From Eledone cirrhosa (taxonomy: Eukaryota), in NCBI GenBank assembly GCA_964016885.1, contig CAXHJY010000022.1, positions 1 through 22,229 of the forward strand: a stretch of 22,229 nt of DNA, read 5' to 3'. Under the pieces are notes generated by a model. That model was given only the letters and a program-made list of their open reading frames with translations. It was not told the DNA's origin and ran no database searches. Numbering within the stretch: position 1 is the first letter of the stretch; each line of letters starts with the position of its first letter. Of this stretch, positions 1 through 15,524 are shown piece after piece. The position numbers were made by a program, and so were the translations under genes.

Positions 1-367
1 AAATTTGAAATGCATTTCTTTGTTAACGGTAGCAGTTTGCTTAAGAATAAACTTCAAATAAAAAATGTTTATGAGGGATGGACAAAGCAAAAGGGAAGAT
101 AGGACGTGGGGAATGTGTTGGTGAATGAGTGTGGGCGTTGAAAATGCTTACTTGAAAAAAAAAAAAAATTTTAAGGAATAATAGAAATGAAAATTAAAGT
201 ATACGTATCTATGGTATTGACGTCAATTGTTGGCAGCTATGAAATTTAAAACTGGAGTTCATATCTTTGAGTTTATATGGAATGAACAAAAGGGATGCAT
301 AAACGCTCTTTCTCTCTCTCTAACAGTCTTTTATATACATACACAGGCACACGCACGCGTATATTAA

Positions 368-615
<248 letters not shown>

Positions 616-796
616 TACACATACATTATATATATGTAATTGTTTACGTATAGATACAAATATGTATGCTACCGTAGTACCCTTAGAAACGACTGGTTTT
701 ATTTCTGCCTCTTTTCAATAATTGTCCAACTTTCAAACTTTCCTCCATTTTCTTGTTTCATGCCTGCGTTGCTTGCTGGTTGATTACTGATTCTCC

Positions 797-806
<10 letters not shown>

Positions 807-890
<84 letters not shown>
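807..890. repeat. (CT)n microsatellite preceded by poly-C
   Basis: Pure CT run; source of the RERE/LSLS ORFs. Confidence 0.95.
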
Positions 891-894
<4 letters not shown>

Positions 895-1031
895 GCAGCA
901 GTGTCACTGCTTTCTCCTTTCATTTTATAGTATTACAGAAAAAGTGAAATCTATATATATATAAAAGGAAAAAAGATGAAATCGAAAATGCAACTGGAGT
1001 ATTTTTTAAATAAAAATATATATTTATTTGG

Positions 1032-1072
1032 TTCCTTTACCGGTTTCGCAGTTCTGCTTTTCAAAAGTAGAA
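1032..1072 (-). ncRNA. Minimal type I hammerhead ribozyme motif, U3-A8 variant (PLE-type)
   Basis: Minus strand: UUCUACUU-UUGAAAA-GCAG aa CUGC-GAAA-CCGG-UA-AAGGAA. Helix II 4 bp, palindromic helix III ACCGGU, helix I CUU/AAG (plus UUC/GAA), AATAAA about 9 nt downstream of the predicted cut. Confidence 0.8.
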
Positions 1073-1265
1073 TTGAGATGACGGGTTTGTTGAGAGAGAG
1101 AGAGAGTACTCCCTTAATTTCCTGATTTGTGGCCGCTACGGTCTGGGCACCGCAAACTTTTTATATATATACATATACGAGTGTGTGTGATATATAAAAA
1201 AAAAAAACAGGGCTTAATATTTTCTGCTAAGGGTTCTTCATATTTCCTTGTTCTTTATTTTTAGT

Positions 1266-1680
1266 TTGTTAAGCCTCCCAGGTAAGGTCAATGCTAAGTG
1301 TCTATTAATGAGATGTGGAGAGATTGTCGAGTCTAAGCTAGCTGATGAACACTGCGGTTTTCGCCTCGGATGCAGCACGGCAGGTCTTCGATATATCCTT
1401 GTTTTGTAGAGCCGCTACTTCTCCGAATTGAAAGATCACAGCTCCGGACTATGGGCATGGGGTTAGAATGTCTCAGAAAAGAATCGCTGGACAGATTTTA
1501 TGGGCAAAATCAACCGGCAGGAGACCCTGAGGTAGATTGCGGGCAAGATGGTTGGATAACATCCATGAGCTTGGCTGGTCTCGCTTGGGCAAAGAAGAAA
1601 AAGAAAAAAGAATAGGGTTCCTAAATCCATTAGTCTATTATCATTTCGATACCTTCGCGGCCCCATCTTCGGAATAAGTT
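1266..1680 (+). mobile_element. Internally deleted RTE-clade (Expander/Rex3-like) LINE remnant
   Basis: Manual translation: LLSLPGKVNAKCLLMRCGEIVESKLADEHCGFRLGCST (RT N-terminal 'QCGFRPGRST' motif) joined to the C-terminal VEPLLLRIERSQLR/YGHGVRMSQKRIAGQILWAKSTGRRP*GRLRARWLDNIHELGWSRLG. Frameshift and stop present; RT core deleted. Confidence 0.85.
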
Positions 1681-1816
1681 TGATTAATTGTAGCAGTGTT
1701 GTGTTGTTCTAGTACTTGGCAGTTGTCGAAGAGTTTCGTGGGAATGCAAGTATAGTCTTCAACGACAAATATTCAACAGTTAAAGCCTGGTAGTTTTCAT
1801 AGTTAATATCACAGCC

Positions 1817-2220
1817 TTTAGTTACTTATATTGGTCCCTTTTATAGAGTTAGGGTCCATAATTACTTTTCTTGGTCCTTTTTATAGAGTTAGGTAGGGTC
1901 TTTGGTTACTTTTCTTGGTCCCTTTTATAGAGTTAGGGTTCATAGTTACTTTACTTGGTCTTTTTTTATATAGTTAGGTTCTTTGGTTATTTTTCTTGGT
2001 CCTTTTAAAGAGTTAGGGTCAATAGTTACTTTTCTTGGTCCTTTTTGTTTGAGTTAGGCTTTTAACATACTTTTGATCCCTTTCATAGAATTAGGGTCTT
2101 TGGTCCGCCTTTTTTCTTATAGAGTAAGACTCTTTTAGCCACTTTTGTTGGTCCTTTTTTAAAATATATAATTAGGGTCTTTAACCAATTTTATTCAGCC
2201 TTTGTTGGCCCCTTTTTATA
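1817..2220. repeat. Minisatellite, about 40-bp unit, about 10 degenerating copies
   Basis: Consensus near GTTACTTTTCTTGGTCCYTTTTATAGAGTTAGGGTC(cata/tttg); units start near 1821, 1861, 1905, 1945, 1986, 2025. Confidence 0.9.
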
Positions 2221-2369
2221 ATATTAAAGAGTATAACTACCATCGTGCATTGCTCGGTCTACATTGCAGAAAAGCGATTAGTAATCAACAAAGACTCTGC
2301 TATGTTGGAATTTACCAGCCTGAGGATCCTCACATCTTGGTGGTTAACCATATGAAAGAAATGGGAGAC

Positions 2370-5214
<2,845 letters not shown>

Positions 5215-5333
5215 GTATGAAGTAATTCCGTCGGAAAAGTCCAGGAAAAAAGAGTGCTCTATGTAGGTAACAGAGCTTAATACTTATGTAATAAACAACA
5301 TAAGGATGTTGTTTATTACAGAGACCAGGATTT

Positions 5334-5393
5334 TTTCATTCTGAGGATTGAAAGCAAAATTGTTTGCTTTTAAGAAACCACTGGTAAATGGAA
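5334..5393 (+). ncRNA. Type I hammerhead ribozyme motif, canonical core
   Basis: UUUCAUU-CUGAGGA-UUGAAAGCAAA auug UUUGCUUUUAA-GAAA-CCACUGG-UA-AAUGGAA. Helix I 7 bp, helix II 11 bp, helix III ACCA-c-UGGU, predicted cleavage after 5386 (GUA). Confidence 0.88.
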
Positions 5394-5642
5394 TAATTTC
5401 CTTATGTTGTTTATTACATAACTATATATATATTTAGATATATATATATTTATATATATTTATATATATATATATTTATATATATTTATAGATAGATTTT
5501 GAGTTTATGTTGGTTGTATACCAACACCTCAGTATGCAGGCTGGAGCACTCGACGAAGTGTGCAGGTTGGTTTGGTTACTCCGGAGTAGTGTAAAATAAA
5601 GTTAAATAAAAGTCAAATGATTAAAATTTAGCTTCGTTTATT

Positions 5643-5697
5643 ACTGCTATATATATTTCAGTGACAGCCATCTTTGGTTGTGACCTCTTCAGGCTGT
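5643..5697 (-). ncRNA. Hammerhead motif, inverted copy of 6012-6066
   Basis: ACAGC-CUGAAGA-GGUCACAACCA aaga UGGCUGUCACU-GAAA-UAUAUA-UA-GCAGU. Core intact; one extra mismatch each in helix I and helix II relative to the + copy. Confidence 0.78.
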
Positions 5698-6011
5698 TTG
5701 AATTAGTATGGTATAGACAAGTACATATGTTGTTGAGGTGTATAATATTGTCAATACTCTGATATGCCCAGTTCCTTGTTGGGTTGTTATTTCACTGAGG
5801 AACTGAAATCATATGTAATCATATGGAATCATATGCTCTGTTACCTACATAGAGCACTCTTTTTTCCTGGACTTTTCCGACGGAATTACTTCATACATGA
5901 TTCCAGTTCCACAGTGAAATAACAACCCAACAAGGAACTGGGCATATCAGAGTATTGACAATATTATACACCTCAACAGCATATCTACTTGTCTATACCA
6001 TACTAATTCAA

Positions 6012-6066
6012 ACTGCCTGAAGAGGTCACAGCCAAAGATGGCTGTCACTGAAATATATATAGCAGT
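6012..6066 (+). ncRNA. Minimal type I hammerhead ribozyme motif with (AU)4 helix III
   Basis: ACUGC-CUGAAGA-GGUCACAGCCA aaga UGGCUGUCACU-GAAA-UAUAUA-UA-GCAGU. Helix I 5 bp perfect, helix II 10 of 11 bp, predicted cleavage after 6061, AATAAA at 6067-6072. Confidence 0.88.
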
Positions 6067-6110
6067 AATAAACGAAGCTAATTTTTAATCATTTGACTTT
6101 TATTTAACTT

Positions 6111-6655
<545 letters not shown>

Positions 6656-6760
6656 GATGCCAATTCTAACACATATATATCCTAGAAACGATCGTTAAAT
6701 AATGAACTTTTTTTGTTTAATATAAGGAACTGTTTCATTGTTTTATTCATTATTTGTTTA

Positions 6761-6768
<8 letters not shown>

Positions 6769-6805
<37 letters not shown>

Positions 6806-6828
6806 TTATATATATATTTATATATATA

Positions 6829-6897
<69 letters not shown>

Positions 6898-6910
6898 ATA
6901 TATATATACT

Positions 6911-6943
<33 letters not shown>

Positions 6944-7014
6944 ATATATATATACTTATATATATATATATATACTTATATATATATATATATACTTATA
7001 TATATATATATATA

Positions 7015-7049
<35 letters not shown>

Positions 7050-7050
7050 T

Positions 7051-7081
<31 letters not shown>

Positions 7082-7090
7082 TTATATGTA

Positions 7091-7125
<35 letters not shown>

Positions 7126-7146
7126 TTATATATATATATACATACT

Positions 7147-7177
<31 letters not shown>

Positions 7178-7198
7178 TTATATATATATATACATACT

Positions 7199-7229
<31 letters not shown>

Positions 7230-7300
7230 TTATATATATATATACATACTTATATATATATATATATATATATATACTTATATATATATATATATATATA

Positions 7301-7343
<43 letters not shown>

Positions 7344-7368
7344 TTATATATATATATATATATATATA

Positions 7369-7405
<37 letters not shown>

Positions 7406-7482
7406 TTATATATATATATATATATATATACTTATATATATATATATATATATATACTTATATATATATATATATATATATA

Positions 7483-7545
<63 letters not shown>

Positions 7546-7565
7546 ATATATATATACTTATATAT
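6769..7565. repeat. (TA)n tract with recurring ACT/GTACT/CATACT interruptions (cryptic minisatellite)
   Basis: From about 6908, TACT recurs every 18-40 bp with GTACT/CATACT variants alternating at 7040-7250. Confidence 0.93.
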
Positions 7566-8310
7566 TCGTCACACATTCTGTGACCTCTTCAGTGACTGGG
7601 GATTCTTTTCTTTGTTTTGTGCCTCCTTTGTTCTGTCCTACGCCATCTTGTTTTTATGTGTGTTGTGTGCTTAGTTTGCGCATGTGTTACATCCGGGTGT
7701 CTGTGTGTTTATATTTGTGTATTTATTTGTTTATTTACATGTTACTGGTTGGTTGTTTGTTCTATGTGTGTGTGTGTGTGTGTTTTCATTTTGTCCTTAA
7801 TTGTAAGATGTGATGTTGCTGTTCCATTCATGTTTTCTATTTAATTTTGGTTGGAGTTCATTTATGTTTATTGCCTCTGTGATTTGTCTAAACATTGCGT
7901 CTTTTCTGTGTGTAGATTCTATTTTTCTTTCTATGTTCTCTATGTTCTATTTTAGCATGTTGGTGGAGTACAGATGATTCTTTACTATCTTGAAGGACTC
8001 GCCAGTTTTCATTTATCCGTTCCCCTATACTACGAGCTATGTACACTATATTCTTATCTCTACATTGTCCTTCAGTACGTCTTATGCTATATACTACATT
8101 TCTAGTTTTACAGTTAATATGGGGGCTTAATTCAGAGATTATACATTTCTTATCTATACAGGGAGGTCTTTGAAAAGGGTATGTATTGCTAATAAGTGTA
8201 TTTATGGTGCGTGTGTTTCTTATTGACAACATGACCCTCCCAAAGTATAATAATATCGGTTTCAACACACGTTTTCAGATAAAGAATCTTGCTAAACAAA
8301 TTCAGTAACG

Positions 8311-8312
<2 letters not shown>
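7561..8312 (-). mobile_element. Penelope-like element 3' fragment: degenerate GIY-YIG endonuclease, 3' UTR and decayed hammerhead
   Basis: ORF 7888..8268: PCIDKKC..INCKTRNVVYSIR..QC..IVY(I)ARSIGERINE..SVLHQHAKIEH resembles PLE GIY-YIG (NVVYxIxC..C..YIGxTxR..R..EH..H) with the YIG motif damaged. Downstream on the same strand is CUGAAGA-G-GUCACA gaaug UGUGAC-GAA-UAUAUA at 7592-7561. Confidence 0.8.
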
Positions 8313-9151
<839 letters not shown>

Positions 9152-9364
9152 GTATTTACGTATCGGGAAAGAGAGAAAAAGGAGGGATAGGTGATACATA
9201 TAGTTATTTGCCAAGTAGCGTATGCCAAAGGTGCTCGATACTAGTGCCTGCAGTATTAAATATTCGAAGTGTTAATATTTAGTGGGCTAGAGAGTTAGCA
9301 GAGCGTAAGCACGTGGGAAAGTAAAACATCGGAGAATAGACCGTTAAAACATGTTTATTTAAAA

Positions 9365-9409
9365 TATCACCTACGTACGTTTCGCCCAGTTGGGCTTCTC
9401 AAGGGCATA
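9365..9409 (-). ncRNA. Minimal hammerhead motif, U3-A8 variant, in PLE 3' UTR
   Basis: UAUGCCC-UUGAGAA-GCCCA ac UGGGC-GAAA-CGUACG-UA-GGUGAUA. Helix II 5 bp, palindromic helix III ACGUACGU, helix I imperfect (2+3 bp). Confidence 0.8.
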
Positions 9410-9698
9410 AATAATCACAAGTGTTCCATATATAGTTCGGAAAGAGTTTTGGGGGTTAAATCTACATCAAGATTCATTGCTCGCAAAAATATCTTGTTTT
9501 GATTTTGCAGCAGGTCAAGGGAGGTAACTCTGGCCGGTGTTAGGGCAGTCTTTCCCGGATAATTTTTTTTTTTTTTTTTGCCGTATCCGTTTGTCTGAGG
9601 TTGGGTCTGGTATGCAAGGATTGTTTTCTGGGTGTTCTTTTGCAGCGCCTGCCCGCCGGGGTGTTAAGACTTGTTGCAGGGAGATCCAGTGTACTATT

Positions 9699-10079
9699 TC
9701 ACTCTTCATCTTTAACCCATCTAAAGAAGGAAATTTTTAAGCGATGTGTACAACTTATCGCTGTTTCAGCTCTGCTGTTGATGAGCTCGTGGGGTGCAGT
9801 TATGATGTGGTAGAGCTCCATGAGGCAAAGATCGCATTTCCTCTTGAAGTTGTACGGTGCAGCCCTGCCGACAATCTCCCAGTGCGTGGAGAAGCTGATG
9901 TTTGAGTCCTTTAGTGATGTGATGTAGTCCGCGAGCGAAGTGGAGTGTCTTAGTTTTCTATTTGTGAAAGAGTGAAGATGTGTTCGAAACCTAATTTTGA
10001 ACGGGCCGGAGGTGGCCCCTATATAATGTTTAACGCTATTGTGGCTAGTAATAGTGCATCTATATATAACCCTATCAGG
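9699..10079 (-). pseudogene. 5'-truncated GIY-YIG endonuclease domain of a Penelope-like element (absent from ORF track)
   Basis: Manual translation without stops: [132 protein letters not shown], conserved R, H, E, N and CxLC present. Confidence 0.9.
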
Positions 10080-10081
10080 GT

Positions 10082-10102
10082 TATATATATATATTTTTTT
10101 TA

Positions 10103-10140
<38 letters not shown>

Positions 10141-10175
10141 TATATATATATATATATATATAAATATATATATAA

Positions 10176-10219
<44 letters not shown>

Positions 10220-10915
10220 TTATATATATATTTATATATATATTTATATATATATTTATATATATATATTTATATATATATATTTATATATATATATTTA
10301 TATATATATATTTATATATATATATTTATATATATATATTTATATATATATATTTATATATATATTTATATATATATTTATATATATATTTATATATATA
10401 TATTTATATATATATATTTATATATATATATATTTATATATATATTTATATATATATTTATATATATATTTATATAGATATTTATATATATATATTTATA
10501 TATATATATATTTATATATATATATATTTATATATATATATTTATATATATATTTATATATATATTTATATATATATATTTATATATATATATTTATATA
10601 TATATTTATATATATATTTATATATATTTATATATATATATTTATATATATATATATTTATATATATATATTTATATATATATATATTTATATATATATA
10701 TTTATATATATTTATATATATATATATTTATATATATATATATTTATATTATTTATATATATATTTATATATATATATATTTATATATATATATATTTAT
10801 ATATATATATATTTATATATATATATATTTATATATATATATTTATATATATATTTATATATATATATTTATATATATATTTATATATATATTTATATAT
10901 ATATATTTATATATA
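10082..10915. repeat. Interrupted (TA)n tract
   Basis: TTTA interruptions every 10-16 bp. Confidence 0.96.
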
Positions 10916-11173
10916 ATGAAATGACAGGAGGCTGGATTTGTGTAAATCCTTGAAAGGTTTATTATACTATGATCATTCCAAAGACGGTTGAACTGCTTTA
11001 CGTTGAGTACTCTCTATATTATTGCATTACGATTGACCATACGGAATAGACCAGCTCTATACAGTGGTGAACCTCAAACCTGAATAAATATATTTATATA
11101 TATATATTTATATATATATTTATATATTTATATATATATTTATATATATATATTTATATATATATTTCTATCT

Positions 11174-11289
11174 GTTTTAATATAGATGAGATTCTACAGG
11201 ACTAGAACTGTTTCATTCTTCAGGAATTCCTGATGATTTCTAACGAATGGTACAGTTCTAGTCCTGTAGAATCTCATCTATATTAAAAC
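11174..11289. repeat. 38-bp perfect inverted repeat enclosing two divergent decayed hammerhead cores
   Basis: 11174-11211 is the reverse complement of 11252-11289; the spacer contains TCTTCAG-GAATTC-CTGATGA. Confidence 0.9.
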
Positions 11290-11405
11290 TTTTATACTCT
11301 GCAATGTATTGAGTACCTTACTTACTGTGGTTACCTCCGATTCAACCCGGAATAAGGTATATTTATATATGTATATATTTATATATATATATATACATTT
11401 ATTTA

Positions 11406-11438
<33 letters not shown>

Positions 11439-11450
11439 ATATATATACAT

Positions 11451-11486
<36 letters not shown>

Positions 11487-11524
11487 TTATATATATTTAT
11501 ATATATATATATTTATATATATAT

Positions 11525-11710
11525 ATATTAACAAACGTTAACCTTGGTCTTCCTCTTCTAGTGTGTCCATGTAGGGCTCCCATGTTCATGCCCTAAGGAC
11601 AGACACTGGTCTGTTGGAGATGCAGGACATGGCAGCGATAATGAGGGACAGAGACCGCTGGAGAGAACTCGTCCATGGATCTCGGGAATTTTACCCGCCT
11701 TAGATAGATA
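11525..11710 (+). mobile_element. RTE/RTEX-like LINE 3' end with 5' inversion
   Basis: + strand 11593-11703 [36 protein letters not shown] followed by a TAGATAGATA tail. The - strand within 11592-11525 gives [20 protein letters not shown], the motif that normally precedes it. Confidence 0.8.
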
Positions 11711-11941
11711 TATATATATTATTATTATTTATCTGTTGCTTTTTTCACCTCCTCCTTCTTTCTCTCTCCCCTCTCTCTCTCTGTTTTTCTTTACCTCAGC
11801 TTCTTCGTCTTTTTTCTAACTATGCTTAACACTATAACTAAATAATTATAAACACTTCACTACCAAGGCAGCCTCCTAATTTAATGGTCGCTTATATTAT
11901 GGTACGTCAAAATTATTTATAATACTTTTTTATATCTTGTA

Positions 11942-12003
11942 TTTTATCTGACAAAGGCAAGCTATATTTTTAATATGGTATCCCTGAAATATGTATAATG
12001 AAA
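11942..12003 (+). ncRNA. Hammerhead-like motif with G8A core change
   Basis: UUUUAU-CUGACAA-AGG caa GCUAUAUU uuu AAUAUGGU auc CCU-GAAA-UAUGUA-UA-AUGAAA. Helix I 6 bp, AATAAA at 12002-12007; C3-A8 mismatch predicts impaired activity. Confidence 0.68.
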
Positions 12004-12046
12004 TAAATATGGTTTTATAAATATTGTTTCCATTTGTTCAATATCG

Positions 12047-13671
<1,625 letters not shown>

Positions 13672-13723
13672 ATAATAATAAATTTGAAGACTAATATCAG
13701 ATATATAAGAACTGTAGAGGAAA

Positions 13724-13875
13724 TAAAATAACAGATTAATGTTTAAGGATAGAATCGCTGCTTTTACGCTTAAATGGGATCTTCTGAAACTAAAAAAGTC
13801 AATCTGTGAACGCAGTAGGAAATATTTCAAAAAAGATCACGTTAAGGGTGAAATCAGCGATTCTTTGCTTAACTT
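13724..13875. repeat. Unclassified dispersed repeat, two copies in inverted orientation (family also at 14509 and 17971)
   Basis: 13724-13834 (-) and 13834-13875 (+) share the GAAAGCAGCGATTCTTTGCTTAA-like core. Confidence 0.8.
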
Positions 13876-13907
13876 GTTAGTTTACGTATTTTTAACATTA
13901 TATTATA

Positions 13908-13986
<79 letters not shown>

Positions 13987-14030
13987 ATGAATAAAAGAAT
14001 AGAGGTGTAACACACGAGTTATGATATATT

Positions 14031-14168
14031 GGTGAACGGAAAAGAAAATGCTGACAAATTGTTACCAGTGAAAAATAGTTTAATTCGGAATAAGCAAACA
14101 TTTTTACTTATTCCTAATTAAACTATTTTTCACTGGGAACAATTTGTCAGCATTTTCTTTTCTGTTCA

Positions 14169-14170
<2 letters not shown>
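14031..14170. repeat. 140-bp near-perfect palindrome
   Basis: 14031-14100 vs 14101-14170 are reverse-complementary with about 5 mismatches; right end abuts (TA)n. Confidence 0.92.
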
Positions 14171-14252
<82 letters not shown>

Positions 14253-14508
14253 TACAGTATTAATTTATATACTTACTCAAAATGTAATATTTTACTCATC
14301 AGCGGCTTTTTCAAACATTTTATTCTAATGTTTGTCATGATGTCTATAAAATATTCTTAGGGATTTTTTCTTTCTTTCTGTCTGGAACCAAAAGAACCAA
14401 AAGAACAAATTGCAGGGAAAAATCCACTTAGTTTATAACCTTCCCTTTGAAAATATGTCTCTGTCCACAATTTCAGACACTTATTCCTGTTTTCCTTCGG
14501 TTGCAACG

Positions 14509-14623
14509 TTTTTCGAAATATTTACTTCTGCGTCCACAGGTTGATTTTTCTTCTCAGTCACAGTAGATCCGGTTAGGGGTGAAAGCAGCGATTCTTTGCT
14601 TAAACTTTAATCTGTTATTTTTA
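14509..14623 (+). repeat. Unclassified dispersed repeat copy
   Basis: 32 bp TGAAAGCAGCGATTCTTTGCTTAAACTTTAAT is identical at 14580-14611 and 18028-18059, with similarity extending about 100 bp. Confidence 0.82.
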
Positions 14624-14636
14624 TACACGCATACAT

Positions 14637-14735
<99 letters not shown>

Positions 14736-14828
14736 TATATACATATGCATTCATGCATACATACATACATACATACATATATATATATGTGTATATATAT
14801 ATGTATGTATATGTGTATATATATATGT

Positions 14829-14908
<80 letters not shown>

Positions 14909-14958
14909 ATATATATGTGTATGTATATATATATATATGTTCGTTCGTTCGTTCGTTC

Positions 14959-15489
14959 GTTCTGGTTTTATAATTTCACAAATTTTTACCAATAGAGAGA
15001 GAGTCGTTTTCTAACATAGACACAAGACTCTCTCATTGGAATTTACACATCAATTAGGTAGATTATGTATGCATGTCTGCATGTGTAGATATGGATGTTA
15101 TTGTATATGTGGATGTGGATGTTTTGAGTTGTATGTGTGCATGTGTATATTCTTTGTATCTGTACTTGTGTATATGCAGTTATTAGATGCAAAATGTTTG
15201 GAATGTTTTACATATTTTTACTGTTCCATTAATGGATTGTACTTGTAGTTTCCTAATGTATGTATGTATGTTCTGGTTTTATAATTTCACAAATTTGTGC
15301 CAATAGAGAGAGAGAGAGTTGGTTTCTAACATAGACGCAAAACTCTCTCATTGGAATTTACACAACATCAACTAGGTAGATTATGTATGCATGTTTGCAT
15401 GTGTAGATATGGATGTTATTGTATGTGTGGATGTGTATGTTTTGAGTTGATCTGTACATGTGTATATGCAGTTATTAGATGCAAAATGT
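14959..15489. repeat. Diverged direct duplication of a 220-240-bp unit
   Basis: 14959-15197 and 15270-15489 both run GTTCTGGTTTTATAATTTCACAAATTT...GCAGTTATTAGATGCAAAATGT. Confidence 0.9.
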
Positions 15490-15524
15490 ATGTATGTTAT
15501 CTCTTTCTCTCAATTTCGAGTATA

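Larger units (their letters stand above)
9152..10080 (-). mobile_element. Second Penelope-like element 3' end (different lineage): GIY-YIG domain, 3' UTR, hammerhead, AATAAA and tail
   Basis: Open frame 10079-9699, hammerhead at 9409-9365, AATAAA at 9359-9354; bounded by (TA)n on both sides. Confidence 0.88.

Noticed and set aside
1342-1375. CTGATGA as a hammerhead core
   Set aside because: No GAAA or helices; it encodes ADE within the RTE RT remnant.
1817-2220. CRISPR-like or telomeric array interpretation
   Set aside because: No unique spacers, no cas genes, eukaryotic context, and TTAGGG is not tandem.
2316-2368. CTGAGGA...GAAA
   Set aside because: No closing helix II, helix III or helix I pairing.
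5546-5592. GCAC-TCGACGA...ACTCCGGAGT-A-GTGT hammerhead-like arrangement
   Set aside because: Palindrome and helix I are suggestive, but the core is non-canonical and GAA and helix II are missing.
6685-6700. GAAACGATCGTT, 3' half of a minimal hammerhead
   Set aside because: No upstream core or helices; at best a truncated remnant.
14284-14306. Minus-strand CTGATGA-GTAA aata TTAC
   Set aside because: Not followed by GAAA, helix III or helix I.
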